From a virus: a stretch of 64,000 nt of DNA. Below are positions 45,508-55,792 of this stretch, one piece after another (within the stretch, counting starts at the first letter, position 1; each line of letters begins with the position of its first letter). The stretch covers positions 24,688-88,687 of IMG/VR virus record IMGVR_UViG_3300020057_001229; one strand, 5' to 3'. Both the position numbers and the translations under genes were made by a program. The notes under the pieces are model-generated. The model was not told the DNA's origin, searched no databases, and saw only the letters and a list, made by a program, of their open reading frames with translations.

Positions 45508-46574
45508 ACCGACACCTCAATGTCTGGAAACTTTCCACTCTTGTACCAATGTCTCATGTACTTATCGAGAGCTTTGGCGATGTCAGCTTCGTTGTCTTTC
45601 TGCGTCAGAAGACTCGCCTGCTGAAAGGTCAAATACTGCTTGACGAATACTACCACGGAATCACCGTCTGCTCGAACAAGATCTAGCTCCGTCATACCGC
45701 CGAGCTTGTCTTTGGTTGCGAGCTTGTCTTTGCCTTCGTGGAAGGCAGTTTTTTTGCCCATCTCACGCAAGATGAACCCTGTAAACTGCTTCCAAGGGAT
45801 CTCCTTCTGAAGAGTCCAGTCGATGGTGTGAACTAGAACAAACTGATTACTTGCGGCGTGCTTAATAACATCGTCGTACTTTTGGTTGCTAGCACGGCGC
45901 AAGATACCCGCATGAGAGAGGTGAGTCTCAAGTTGGTCGATGAGCTTTTGAGCACTCTCTTCACCTTGGATAATTTGACCTTTGAGCGTCCACCGTGCGT
46001 CGGTGAGCTTCTCAGTGGTCGTATGTGCCCACGGGTTACGACCCTCGTTTTGGCAGGCAATCTCATAGGTGTTAGCGTAGATCATCTCCATAACTTCGTA
46101 CTTGCCAGCGTAGCCATGCGTCTTAGAAAGCTTTAAGATCTCTTTCCAGTCGTCGCTAGCTTTGACAGCGAACCAAATGTCATGGTTTGTGGTTGGGCAA
46201 TGGATAGGCGGCTGGTAACGTTTTGCTGCCGTAACTTCTTCGTCGCCAAAGACAGGCTCGGTATTCTTATCGCCGAAGTCTTCCATCGCCGAAAGGTTAT
46301 GTTGCTCAGCGAACTCCATAAGCTTCGCACGGCGAGCATCTACGTCGAGGTCTAACCATTCCGTTAAGTCAGCTCGTTCGACCTTGCTGACAAACTCGTC
46401 AAGCTCTTTGCCGGGACCGACTACAATGATTGGCTTTCTGTTTTCGAACTTCACCGTGCGTAAGATCGTATCGACAGCGCTTGGGGCGTCGAAGGCAGGG
46501 TCGATCACGCAAAGAAGATCTTTCTTCTCTGCCTTAGGATCAAACAAAAAGAGTTGGTATTTTATTCCGATCAC
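45504..46574 (-). CDS. Hypothetical protein
   Basis: 356-aa ORF, GAGG RBS. Confidence 0.75.
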   Translation of the reverse strand: MIGIKYQLFLFDPKAEKKDLLCVIDPAFDAPSAVDTILRTVKFENRKPIIVVGPGKELDEFVSKVERADLTEWLDLDVDARRAKLMEFAEQHNLSAMEDFGDKNTEPVFGDEEVTAAKRYQPPIHCPTTNHDIWFAVKASDDWKEILKLSKTHGYAGKYEVMEMIYANTYEIACQNEGRNPWAHTTTEKLTDARWTLKGQIIQGEESAQKLIDQLETHLSHAGILRRASNQKYDDVIKHAASNQFVLVHTIDWTLQKEIPWKQFTGFILREMGKKTAFHEGKDKLATKDKLGGMTELDLVRADGDSVVVFVKQYLTFQQASLLTQKDNEADIAKALDKYMRHWYKSGKFPDIEVSV

Positions 46575-46640
46575 GTTTCACCTCTAGGGCACAGGCACCA
46601 TAATGTGTTTTAAAAAACTCGCTATAAGTAAAATTTCTTT

Positions 46641-47231
46641 TCAACACTCAACAACGATTTCATAGCGACTAGTTACGAGAGCTAAAGTATGGGATGGGTT
46701 AAGGCTTGCTTTCGCCTCTTCGGGCTTTTTTTTATTCGGAGGGATCACTACGTTGTGGTCCTTAACCAAATAATCTGCCGCTTTTTTACACCATCTTGCA
46801 TCATCTAAAGCGTTGTGGGCACCCTTCTTATCTTGATCCGGCAAGCGCTTGATACCTAGCTCCTCCATCTTCTGTTTTACGTCCCATGAATACTTAGGGA
46901 AGTGCGACGGAAGATCCGACATTGCTCCGAAAATGATGCACAACACTACATGGTCATAACTTGCCACATAGGCGATGAACCTTGGTAAATCACCACCAAT
47001 AAAATCTAAAAGCTCTTTCTTGATCTCAACTAGAGTCTTGCGGGACTCTTTAGGTCCGAGCTTTGGAAGCACTTCTTTTTTTACGAAGTCGTTGCAGGTC
47101 GATTCGTCGAACTCGCTGCTTTCGGCGTAGAACTCCCTACCGTCGTCCGTTACGATACCTATCGAGATCAACTGAATGACTTCGCCGTTAGCGTTGAACT
47201 CTGTATCGTAATAGAGGTTTAGGGATTTCAT
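46641..47231 (-). CDS. DEDDh 3'-5' exoribonuclease (Rv2179c/RNase AS-like)
   Basis: YDTEF, ISIGIV..DGREFYA, YDHV, HNALDDA. Confidence 0.88.
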   Translation of the reverse strand: MKSLNLYYDTEFNANGEVIQLISIGIVTDDGREFYAESSEFDESTCNDFVKKEVLPKLGPKESRKTLVEIKKELLDFIGGDLPRFIAYVASYDHVVLCIIFGAMSDLPSHFPKYSWDVKQKMEELGIKRLPDQDKKGAHNALDDARWCKKAADYLVKDHNVVIPPNKKKPEEAKASLNPSHTLALVTSRYEIVVEC

Positions 47232-48802
47232 TGCGGTTTGTCCTTTGGCTTAAGCACGAAGTATTTCAAGCGGCTAGAGCCAGAGGTCGGAGAGTAACTC
47301 CTAATTTCGAGGTCCATCGTGCCGTTTAGAAAACTGTCGGATATAGGTAAGTCGAAAGTCATCGGGAGGACGCTTTCAGTTTCAGGCTGATTTGGAATCT
47401 TCTTGTAGAGCTTCAACGGCTGACCACTAGACCATTTGATCTTGTAGTTACCTGCGGTTGTGATGTCGCTCGAAAGATAAGGGGTCAGATCAAAAGCTGG
47501 ATCTGAACTGTAGGAGCTGTCTAAAAAGCCGCCGTCTACTCGTAGGAGGAAACCCCCACCTGTGAACTTAAGAGCCCAAGAGAAAGGCTGCCCGACGACT
47601 TCTTGCTCACTTTCAATGCGGAGGTAGGCTTCTCCAAATTGGAATTTGCTACCACCAAAGCCGCTGACCGTCAGAAGGTCCGCCGTGTTCACTGCGTTTG
47701 TTGGAATGTAGCTGTGTGGCGATTGGTACTGTGAAGCCATTGCACCAAAGAGCGTTACATATTGCTCGTCGGCTTTAGGACTCGTTTGATTCCATAGGAT
47801 TTTTACCGAGCCTGCATCGACGCCGACGTTAAGCCGTAAGACGATGGGACCGCTCAACGTATACACGGGAGAGAGCGCCAAGCCGGTAGCGCTCTTGAGC
47901 TGAATCGTACCTGGAGAATTTGTCCGCGCTGGAATTGCTATTACTTGAAACGTATGAAAAGCAGGCACAACCTCTGTCGATATCGTGACGGGGGCTTGGT
48001 TCGAAAAGTCTACGAAGCCAGGACGTGGGTACCAATGCACTTCTACGTGTGGGATCTTAACGGTATCGTCGGGATTTACCTTCGTCCTTATGAGGTTGTC
48101 GGGATCACTCAAAGTGATATTCCAACCTTGAGGGAAGAGGTCTAGCTGCGACGGCGGTATGTAAGTTAAGGCGAAGTCGGAGTTAGGTAGAACGTTAGTG
48201 TAACCACCTTCGAGACGTGTCGTTGCATTGACTTTGTACGGTGCTGCGTTTACGGCTGACTGAAGGATCTTCGAGTCAAGGGCTCGACCTGCGACACCAC
48301 CTTGATACGAAAGGAGGCTGCCCGAAAGACCTGTTCCGAAGCTGAGGGGATTTGCTTTAGCGAAGTTGAGGTCGAACCAAAACGGCGGCAGATCCGGCTG
48401 TTTCATTTCGTCAGGTTTATACAGTGAGTGAGCAGGATACTCGACAGCATCCGGCTTCTCGATGGTCTCAGTCTTTTGCTCGGCGAGCTTCTCTTCGTTA
48501 CGGTACTCTTGACGGACCTGCTTCAGGCTCGTGTCGAACTTCGTAAGGTCGGGGAAGGTAACCGTCACCGATTCCGGCAACGGATACCATCCCGTAAAGT
48601 AAACTTTAGCTTCGCCGTCTACAATTTGCTCGGCGTCGATGTCGAACTTGGCTTGGAACTGTATCTGTGGAAAGGCATCAACAAGATAACGACCTACTTG
48701 AACCGGTGATTCAGGCAGGCTTAGAAGCGTGTCCGCTTGCTCGGTGAGCAAGCGGACAAGGATCTTTGCTGTATCTTGAATGTATTCGACAGCAACTCGC
48801 AC
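47228..48802 (-). CDS. Putative virion structural protein (beta-rich)
   Basis: 524 aa; LEG..TN.LPNS.F and SYIPT motifs seen in tail/spike proteins. Confidence 0.6.
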   Translation of the reverse strand: MRVAVEYIQDTAKILVRLLTEQADTLLSLPESPVQVGRYLVDAFPQIQFQAKFDIDAEQIVDGEAKVYFTGWYPLPESVTVTFPDLTKFDTSLKQVRQEYRNEEKLAEQKTETIEKPDAVEYPAHSLYKPDEMKQPDLPPFWFDLNFAKANPLSFGTGLSGSLLSYQGGVAGRALDSKILQSAVNAAPYKVNATTRLEGGYTNVLPNSDFALTYIPPSQLDLFPQGWNITLSDPDNLIRTKVNPDDTVKIPHVEVHWYPRPGFVDFSNQAPVTISTEVVPAFHTFQVIAIPARTNSPGTIQLKSATGLALSPVYTLSGPIVLRLNVGVDAGSVKILWNQTSPKADEQYVTLFGAMASQYQSPHSYIPTNAVNTADLLTVSGFGGSKFQFGEAYLRIESEQEVVGQPFSWALKFTGGGFLLRVDGGFLDSSYSSDPAFDLTPYLSSDITTAGNYKIKWSSGQPLKLYKKIPNQPETESVLPMTFDLPISDSFLNGTMDLEIRSYSPTSGSSRLKYFVLKPKDKPQ

Positions 48803-48811
48803 CGTCCATCC

Positions 48812-49588
48812 TTAGTTCTTTTCTGGTACCGTCAAATAGCACGGGACTAACATCAGTTCGGCAATTTTTGCCTTAATTTCTTGTTTGGTGCTAGCGTCCC
48901 ACACACCAGTCGTTTTGTAAACGACATTCATGTGACAATCAATAAGGTAAGCACTTGGAAATCCAGTCGTTCCTAGTTGGTTGGTAAGGACTCTAGAGTC
49001 GTCTTTTAGAACTGGATGGACCGGCGAATGCCTAGAGATCCATTGTTCGTATTGGCGGTCAGTACGGTCAATACCTACGTCGAGAAACTGAACTTGTCCG
49101 TATTGGGCGTATTCCGCTTGCATCGCATGGACGTTCGGAGCGTTGTCGTTGCAGTAAGGGCAGTTGATGAAGTAGTTTTCAACGACGAAGATGCCGTTGA
49201 TGAAGTCAGCCGAACGGTAGATCGTGCCTGAAGCGTTCATATTAGGCAGCTCGAAAGGCTGCACCGTCTGTGCGGATACCTCGGAATGGTCGTCGCAAGC
49301 ACCGTCAGCAGGGCAAGCTTCACCTTCGCATTGGCAATCTTCACACTGACAGTCGTCGCCGCAGCAACCTGCATCACAAGCACCATCAGCACAGTCACAG
49401 TTGTCGCCGCACTGGCAGTCGTCCCCACAAGGGCAATTGTCACCGCAGTCCGTACATGCTCCGCCATCTTCATGGTCGTGGCAGCACGCCTTCGCTTCCT
49501 CTTTCTTATCATCTTTGTCGTCGCCGCAGCCCGTGAAAGCCGTAAGTGCCAACACCGACATCATCGCCATTAGAAATCTTCTCATCAT
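48812..49588 (-). CDS. Lipoprotein with Cys/Asp-rich metallothionein-like segment and TlpA-like thioredoxin domain
   Basis: Lipobox FTGC; CGDxCxC repeats; CPYC, FPSAYLID. Confidence 0.8.
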   Translation of the reverse strand: MMRRFLMAMMSVLALTAFTGCGDDKDDKKEEAKACCHDHEDGGACTDCGDNCPCGDDCQCGDNCDCADGACDAGCCGDDCQCEDCQCEGEACPADGACDDHSEVSAQTVQPFELPNMNASGTIYRSADFINGIFVVENYFINCPYCNDNAPNVHAMQAEYAQYGQVQFLDVGIDRTDRQYEQWISRHSPVHPVLKDDSRVLTNQLGTTGFPSAYLIDCHMNVVYKTTGVWDASTKQEIKAKIAELMLVPCYLTVPEKN

Positions 49589-50076
49589 AACCTCCTCGTT
49601 GTTTCGTCCGTGAAACCTAGATTTTTGAGATCGCTCGCCACTTCTTGCATCTTCTTATGAACACCTTTCAAAACGTCCTGTTTTGAAATGAGTGCATCTA
49701 CTACGGTAAAAAATCTGTTGAGCTGTTCCGACGTAACACTTTCACGTAATGAACCGTCTCGGTAAAGCCTTTGCACGGTTTTCTTTGCTGCGGGGAGGAG
49801 GGATATGAACTGCAAATAAAAACTAATGACGCCAGATGGAGATCTGGTTTGGGCGGTGGAGCTGTGCATGTTTGACAGCTTAAACAGAAGCTTTGTGTCT
49901 TTGCCGTTCTCTTTGAACTCTTCGATGAGATCTTTGATGGCAGCAGCAAGAAAGTCGGCGTTCTCTACAAGACCCTTACCTACTTTTTCAGTAAAGGTTT
50001 TAGTGCCTCGTTTGACGCCCGTCTTAGCTTGGCGTCCCCGTGGGTGAATAGCTTCAACTTTCAAAATATAACTCAT
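49585..50076 (-). CDS. Hypothetical protein
   Basis: Coupled operon ORF. Confidence 0.6.
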   Translation of the reverse strand: MSYILKVEAIHPRGRQAKTGVKRGTKTFTEKVGKGLVENADFLAAAIKDLIEEFKENGKDTKLLFKLSNMHSSTAQTRSPSGVISFYLQFISLLPAAKKTVQRLYRDGSLRESVTSEQLNRFFTVVDALISKQDVLKGVHKKMQEVASDLKNLGFTDETTRRL

Positions 50077-50624
50077 TTTAAGTCGTACCCGTACATCGTC
50101 GCTAGCTCTTTATGCCTGCGGTCGATTACGTCCCAATTAAGATCGTGCCAGAACTGAGTCAGGTATTCATGGAACTGGATGCCGTAGTCAGTGATATAAG
50201 AATGCTCCCAACAGTCGATGACGAGAAGCGGCGTAATGCCCAAAGGAACGTTCTCGTCGTGGCTCTTAATAGGAAAGGCTACGAAGGTCTTAAGAGTATG
50301 ACTCCAACCCCAAACAACCCATCCGTGCGGGCTAGCTGCGTGGGCGAACTCACCGAGCCAGTCCTGAAACGTAGACAGGTCAGATTCACGACGGGCTAAG
50401 ATCTCTTCTAGGAGCGGAGCCTTCGTGTCTTCTTTGGTATCTTCAAGCTGCTCGAACCAAAGCTCGTGGAGCAAAATAGCGTTGTGCAAAAAAGACCTCT
50501 CAAAAGGGGTCTCTTTTTCCTCTTGGTTTTCTTTGAAGTCTTCGAGCTGACCTAAACGGTTCTTGTAATTTTCAAGAAGCGTTAGGTGAGTTTCGGCAGT
50601 CTCTTTAGTGTGTAGTCTCATCAA
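50073..50624 (-). CDS. Fe/Mn superoxide dismutase-like protein
   Basis: H..L..NY, LHELWF, GW, PLLVIDCWEHSY..DY. Confidence 0.82.
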   Translation of the reverse strand: MMRLHTKETAETHLTLLENYKNRLGQLEDFKENQEEKETPFERSFLHNAILLHELWFEQLEDTKEDTKAPLLEEILARRESDLSTFQDWLGEFAHAASPHGWVVWGWSHTLKTFVAFPIKSHDENVPLGITPLLVIDCWEHSYITDYGIQFHEYLTQFWHDLNWDVIDRRHKELATMYGYDLK

Positions 50625-51111
50625 ATCCTCTAGGAGGAGTAAAGTTCGTGTAACAGATGCTTTCGCAGGCGCTTGAGTAGACTCTCCTACAGTTAGTCAG
50701 TGAAACACCTCTGGCAACGTCAAGATTGTTGCTGGAAGTTTTGAAGCCCCCAACACGGTTAGGACCGCCTGTGCGACCGGCTAAACAACTGTATCTGTAC
50801 GGGTTCTCTTCGTAGCACTGAATCACCTCACAGCTTCCATGTTCGTCGTTACACTGGCTCCGTGCGCTGTTCTTGGATGCTTCGAGGGTGTCCCCCCGAC
50901 GCAAGACGGTGGCAGCGTCGATATGGCTCTTAGCAAAGCAGTAAAATCCGCAAACGGCGGTTTCCTCAACCACACCTTGTTTTCCTAATGCGATCTTTGG
51001 ACTAGTTAAAAACATTAAAACAATTGAAAGGGTAATTCTAAAAAACATAATAAAACTCCTCGTATTCTTCACACTGCGAATTATTATTTTTGGACTATGG
51101 TCACATCCCAA
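50605..51111 (-). CDS. Secreted Cys-rich protein, paralog of 61091-61498 (start probably MFFRI)
   Basis: CEV.QC.EE..YR.SC.A...GG....SNN.D.A...CYTN shared. Confidence 0.7.
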   Translation of the reverse strand: MGCDHSPKIIIRSVKNTRSFIMFFRITLSIVLMFLTSPKIALGKQGVVEETAVCGFYCFAKSHIDAATVLRRGDTLEASKNSARSQCNDEHGSCEVIQCYEENPYRYSCLAGRTGGPNRVGGFKTSSNNLDVARGVSLTNCRRVYSSACESICYTNFTPPRGFDETTH

Positions 51112-51315
51112 GTGTCAACATCGGCTGCTGTGTCGCCAGACAGCCCGCCGTTACCGATCATTTCTTCAAGGCTCTTCTTTACCAAGCTCTCTAAGTTGTC
51201 GAGAGACTCACCGAGCAAGTCGTAAACAACTTCAAGAGTGACAACTAGTCTGCGTTTATCGTCGGCACGGACTTCGTATTTCTTGGAAAGTTTATCTAGT
51301 ATCTAGTATCTTCAC
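51084..51315 (-). pseudogene. Small KYEVRA-motif gene frameshifted by a 7-bp duplication
   Basis: GGAG RBS, GTG; removing one GATACTA gives 74-aa MKILDKLSKKYEVRADD... Confidence 0.6.
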
Positions 51316-51324
51316 CGGTTCTCC

Positions 51325-52023
51325 TTAATATGCAGGTAATCCGATACCAAGAAGAGCAGCTAAAGTGGTGCTCATCAACACGGCATGAACTTCATCTTTG
51401 ATGTAAAGGTTGAGAGAGACCGGCTGCTTTGCGTGCCGATGGATCGTAAAGATAGGGTGTAAGGCTTGCGTGACATAGCTCAACGAAACCTTCTCACCGA
51501 CCTCCCCTAGTGGAAAGGTCACTTCACCGGCAGCTCCATCAACTAACGTTGGAACAATCGTATTTGGTTCAACCGCTAGACTTGCATCTTCAAACGGTAC
51601 GCCCAAACTTACGAGACCGCCAACGCCTACGGCGGTTACGGTCATGCGGCGTTCTTGTTCTGGTCCGATGCGAGACAGCAGGCGACCGAAGCGGTCTTCC
51701 GGGACTAGGAAGTCGTCGGTGAGTCGTGTTTCTTTAATGAAGGGGACCACACCGGGGAAGGCAGTCTTCGCGCTCTCGAAGTAGTCGGAACCTATGAGGA
51801 CACCTTTGAGGATGTTTTGCTGCTGAAGCCGTCCGCCGTTCTTTTTTTGTGCTTTGTCCACAACGGCGAGCGAAAGCATGTTGTGGATCTGATCCGCTTT
51901 GAGCGTATCGAGAGCACGCATAAGACCGTTGTTGTTAAGCTCGCTGGTACGGATGACACGAGTTACGTTGAACTTCGTGAACATGCCGGAAGCACTTGCG
52001 ACGGGTATTTGTTTCATTGTCAA
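51325..52023 (-). CDS. Putative virion protein
   Basis: 232-aa ORF in the structural gene run. Confidence 0.6.
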   Translation of the reverse strand: MTMKQIPVASASGMFTKFNVTRVIRTSELNNNGLMRALDTLKADQIHNMLSLAVVDKAQKKNGGRLQQQNILKGVLIGSDYFESAKTAFPGVVPFIKETRLTDDFLVPEDRFGRLLSRIGPEQERRMTVTAVGVGGLVSLGVPFEDASLAVEPNTIVPTLVDGAAGEVTFPLGEVGEKVSLSYVTQALHPIFTIHRHAKQPVSLNLYIKDEVHAVLMSTTLAALLGIGLPAY

Positions 52024-52034
52024 CTTTCCTCAGT

Positions 52035-52727
52035 TCATGCAGGAGGTGTTACAACCTGGCGATATTTTCTATGAAGTTTGCCACCATTGAAGATCGGGGG
52101 ATTACTGTTAAACACAACAAAGGAAGCACCCCAACCCGTAATCATGTTTGGTGTGTCGGCACTCTCCGTCCACTGCACACCTTCCTGCGAGAAAAACCCT
52201 TCGAGATGGATCTCTGGAAATAAATTAGATGAATAATCAATAACTACATAATTAGGACGACCCGCACTGTATGTGTTCGTCTTATTAAGAATCTCAATAA
52301 AGTCATAGAGGTTTCCAATACCTTGAGGCATTCGGATTTTTTGCTGCTGGAGAGGGTCAGTTTCGGTGGCGTTTACCTTGATTAAACCCGTCTGAAACGT
52401 AAAGTTAATGACAGGTTGGTCGATCTTTTGGGTCGCCTGCGAGCCAATACCAATGGAACGCCATTCGTGGTGAACAGCTCCGCCATTGATTTGCTCAATC
52501 GACGTTCTAGTAGCAATACGCCACTGCGTCTCAGAGGGGTTGATCCAAAAGATGATGGGGTTTGCGGGATCTGACAACGTGTGCATACGCATCGGAGCAT
52601 GGTGAGCAGCTTTACCTCGGTAACTTTTATCGTAAGAATAGTTGTTACCTGAAGAGTTAGGGAGACGGTCGGTGTCCCTATTCTGCTGCGCTGCTTTGGT
52701 TACGTTAAGTACATTGTTGTCAGCCAC
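52035..52727 (-). CDS. Putative baseplate/tail-tube-associated protein
   Basis: INPSE...EW...I.F..QTG...GFF pattern of contractile-tail proteins. Confidence 0.55.
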   Translation of the reverse strand: MADNNVLNVTKAAQQNRDTDRLPNSSGNNYSYDKSYRGKAAHHAPMRMHTLSDPANPIIFWINPSETQWRIATRTSIEQINGGAVHHEWRSIGIGSQATQKIDQPVINFTFQTGLIKVNATETDPLQQQKIRMPQGIGNLYDFIEILNKTNTYSAGRPNYVVIDYSSNLFPEIHLEGFFSQEGVQWTESADTPNMITGWGASFVVFNSNPPIFNGGKLHRKYRQVVTPPA

Positions 52728-52754
52728 GCTTTAAAAACCCCACCACTTAAAAGG

Positions 52755-53510
52755 TTATTCGTAGTCCGGCTCGTAGTTAGCACCTGGAGCCTTCGTAGAA
52801 GCCGCAGTTGTAACTGTAACAGGTGCAGCCTTGAACTTACCAGCACTCAAATTTGCCGAAGCAAACTCTTTAGCTTCCTTTGGAAACTGAGCAGCTAGAA
52901 TAAACTCAAGGTCGATTTTGCTAAGCTCTCTTTCGTGAATGGTCAACTCGTGCATGACCGCTTCGCCGTCAAGTTCGCCTACGACCACACGGCTTTCAAG
53001 ACCACGCATTTTCGGGTGAAGCTCGATTTGGTTGTAGTCAATGGAAGGGTTCTGAAGCGAAATGCCCGACATCAGACCTTGGGAGTGAGCTGCTGAGTCG
53101 ATCAAAGCTTGACCGGCTTCGCCCTTCACGGCTCCCTTCGAGAACTCGGAGGTCATCAAACGTTGGTATTCTTTACGTCCACGTTCCGACGACAAGATCG
53201 ACATAGCTTCTTCTTGCGTAAGGACTTTAAGGAGACCTTTACGAATGAAGTTACGAACCTGAAGGCTTTGAGCAAACACCTCACGAGGTACCATGTCGGT
53301 TAGACAATACGGCACGAAGGTACGGTGGAACTCCAAGTTGTAGGGCTTGCCGGAGACGGGATCTTGGATCGTAAGAAGGAGAAGACTTAGTGGCTCCGAG
53401 TTGTTAAGGACCCAAATTGGTTGGTCCCCACGGAGAAGCTCATCGAGGCTGCTGTGGTTGCCGTAAAGCGTTGCGTGCTTGTACAAGCCTGGGTTTGACA
53501 TCTGTTTCAT
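52755..53510 (-). CDS. Hypothetical protein (probably structural/morphogenesis)
   Basis: GGAG RBS, 251 aa. Confidence 0.7.
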   Translation of the reverse strand: MKQMSNPGLYKHATLYGNHSSLDELLRGDQPIWVLNNSEPLSLLLLTIQDPVSGKPYNLEFHRTFVPYCLTDMVPREVFAQSLQVRNFIRKGLLKVLTQEEAMSILSSERGRKEYQRLMTSEFSKGAVKGEAGQALIDSAAHSQGLMSGISLQNPSIDYNQIELHPKMRGLESRVVVGELDGEAVMHELTIHERELSKIDLEFILAAQFPKEAKEFASANLSAGKFKAAPVTVTTAASTKAPGANYEPDYE

Positions 53511-53601
53511 TGATTACTCCTAATAGATGGATAAAAGCTCCCCAACACCGTGTTGAAGAGCGGGGATCTCAAGTTAATCTGTGCTGGAGGAGACTTTTTG
53601 C

Positions 53602-53958
53602 TTAGATGGTGGGAGCTTGTTGCATGAACTTCGTGCAGATTTCGGCTAGCATCATAAGCTTTTCACGGCTCATGCCCTTGAGAAGAATAGGGGAAAACAT
53701 CTCAAAATTCTTGCCGCCATTCATGTTGAGCTTCTTGAAAGCATCGTTGGCTTCTAGGGCTTGTGTCTGCCAACCTGCGACAAACGCATGGAGCGAATGA
53801 GCGAGCGTTTTTAACTCGTCGGCGTTCAACCCGGTTTGAAGCTGCGTTACCCAATTCATCGGGTGAGACGCACCAGGACGAAGGTCAGATGCGTTTGGAC
53901 CGTCCGACGCTTGGACTTTGCGAGCTTCAACAAGTTCTTTGATGGTGAACGTCTTCAT
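53602..53958 (-). CDS. Hypothetical protein with KVQA motif
   Basis: AGGA RBS. Confidence 0.6.
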   Translation of the reverse strand: MKTFTIKELVEARKVQASDGPNASDLRPGASHPMNWVTQLQTGLNADELKTLAHSLHAFVAGWQTQALEANDAFKKLNMNGGKNFEMFSPILLKGMSREKLMMLAEICTKFMQQAPTI

Positions 53959-53961
53959 TGG

Positions 53962-54207
53962 TTAGTCCTTCGTTTCATCTTTTTTGGAACACTTAGCGCA
54001 ATCGCAATCACAGTCTTTTTCTTCGTGGGCTTCGTAGCCACCGTTTCGGGGTTCTACGTTTCCTAAGTCACGAGGCTCAAGGAAGAAGTCTCTAGGATCT
54101 TCGGTGTCTCTCAGAGCTACGACTTGGTACTTGGCAGTAATGCGGTGCTTGATGTTCATAATAAAGAATCTTTCCCCGGTCTTTAGTTCTTTATAGCTCG
54201 GATTCAA
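53962..54207 (-). CDS. Small protein with KYQVVA motif and C-terminal Cys cluster
   Basis: Probable start MNIKHRITAKYQVVA. Confidence 0.55.
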   Translation of the reverse strand: MNPSYKELKTGERFFIMNIKHRITAKYQVVALRDTEDPRDFFLEPRDLGNVEPRNGGYEAHEEKDCDCDCAKCSKKDETKD

Positions 54208-55283
54208 GGTAGAGCGTGGGGTTTGTCACGTTACCTCGGACCATGGCTGCTTCTCCCCCTACTGCACCGGACGCTACGTTGAAGTTGAGCCCTACGATTT
54301 GAGGTCCGGCTTGATCTAGAGTGACGCTGGTTACGGCGAGAGAAGTTCCGTTGGTGTTTAAAACCACGAAATCTCCAGGGGTAGCTGAAAGAGACTGAGG
54401 AGAACTACGCATGGGGACAGGCAGATGTAAAGCCACTCCCGTAATGGTCGCACTGAACATTTTACCTGAGCCGATGTAGCTCTGTGAGCCCGCTTGAGCG
54501 TTCCAATAAGGGTTAAAGCAGTAGCGTTGAGCAAGACTAAGTTCGCCGCCGTAGGTGTCTGCTGCACGGCGGTACGTATTCTGATTGAAATCTGTCGTAA
54601 GCATGATCTGCGAGAGGTAAAAGGTGGCATTTAAGGTCTGAAAAAGCTGAGTTTGGTTTGAGGTGACAATGGCAGAGCTTTGCCAAACGTTAGGAGTAGC
54701 CGGGGTTGCCGTACTTCCCGTGTTCCAAAAGATGACCAAACCCGCTGCGGAGTCGAAGCCGTAACTAGCGTCAACATTGTCGAGCACTACGTCTATCTTC
54801 TTATTTTCCCAAGTATTGGCAGAGTTGATAGTATATTCAACGATGTAGCACCGTGTTGAGGCTAGGTTCGAAAAGGCAATGGTGTATGTGCCCGCAATGG
54901 ACGACTTTACCCAAAAAGACAGACGTACTGGCTTTGAGTGAAATCTTGAGTAGTTGTATCCCTCCATGATTGATGATGCCGTTAGCGCCTTGGTCGGTAC
55001 TGATCGTGCCTAATGACACCCAATGAGAAGATGTAGTAGGACCGCTTTGCGCTGGCAAAAACTGCCCTGACGTTCCTCCGGCGAGAATCCGAACGCTTGT
55101 CCCGTCAGCGGCTTTAAGCGAAAGGTTCGCCGTACCATAGTTGTATATGGAGACAATCGTATTGAGAGTGTACGTAGCCGGAAGTGTGTAGTTTGTGTCA
55201 GTCAAAGGACTGAAAGAAAGTACGTCGGGAGTTCCACCGCTGAACTGAGGCGAGCTTCCAATTGCTTCAGGGATTAAAGCCAT
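54191..55283 (-). pseudogene. Tail fibre-like gene split by an internal deletion and frameshift
   Basis: N-part MALIPEAIGSSPQF...NGIIN joins out of frame to EGYN..LSFWVKSS..; the paralog at 12471 has about 80 extra aa between these motifs. Confidence 0.65.
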
Positions 55284-55741
55284 TACGTGGTCTCCTTTTT
55301 GCGGCTAACCTTTGCAACGAAAGCCGTAGTTTCCTTTGATGTGTCTTCTATGATGCGCTTGAGATGAGGTAATAGGCTTGGAATGCCGAAGTGCAACGGG
55401 GTTGGCAGCGTTTCCAGCGTACACCACACAAATTTAGTGTGTTCCCAATTGATATCTGGTTTAAATTCCTTAGGAACTATGGCGGCGAAGCTGTGGTACT
55501 CAAGCGTCGAGCTGCGGTAGACATTCAAAGGTATGAGCTTCATAGCACTTGTGTAGCCTGCTTCTTCCTGAGCTTCTCTCGCAACAGTGTCTTGAGGTGC
55601 TTCGTCGGGGTCCATCTCACCGCCCCAAGACGACCACGTTCCTGAGTCTTGGCAGTAACGGCTTCGCAAGCCTAAGCAAATCCTGCCAGTATCTTCGGCA
55701 AGGAATATGCAACCGGCTCCACGAAACTTCGTCATAGACAA
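55283..55741 (-). CDS. Nudix hydrolase
   Basis: GG.MDPDE.PQDTVAREAQEEAG Nudix box. Confidence 0.88.
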   Translation of the reverse strand: MSMTKFRGAGCIFLAEDTGRICLGLRSRYCQDSGTWSSWGGEMDPDEAPQDTVAREAQEEAGYTSAMKLIPLNVYRSSTLEYHSFAAIVPKEFKPDINWEHTKFVWCTLETLPTPLHFGIPSLLPHLKRIIEDTSKETTAFVAKVSRKKETT

Positions 55742-55792
55742 TTCCCTTAACTGGTCTAGAATTTAAAGCTCAGGTTTTTAATCTTAAAGGAG

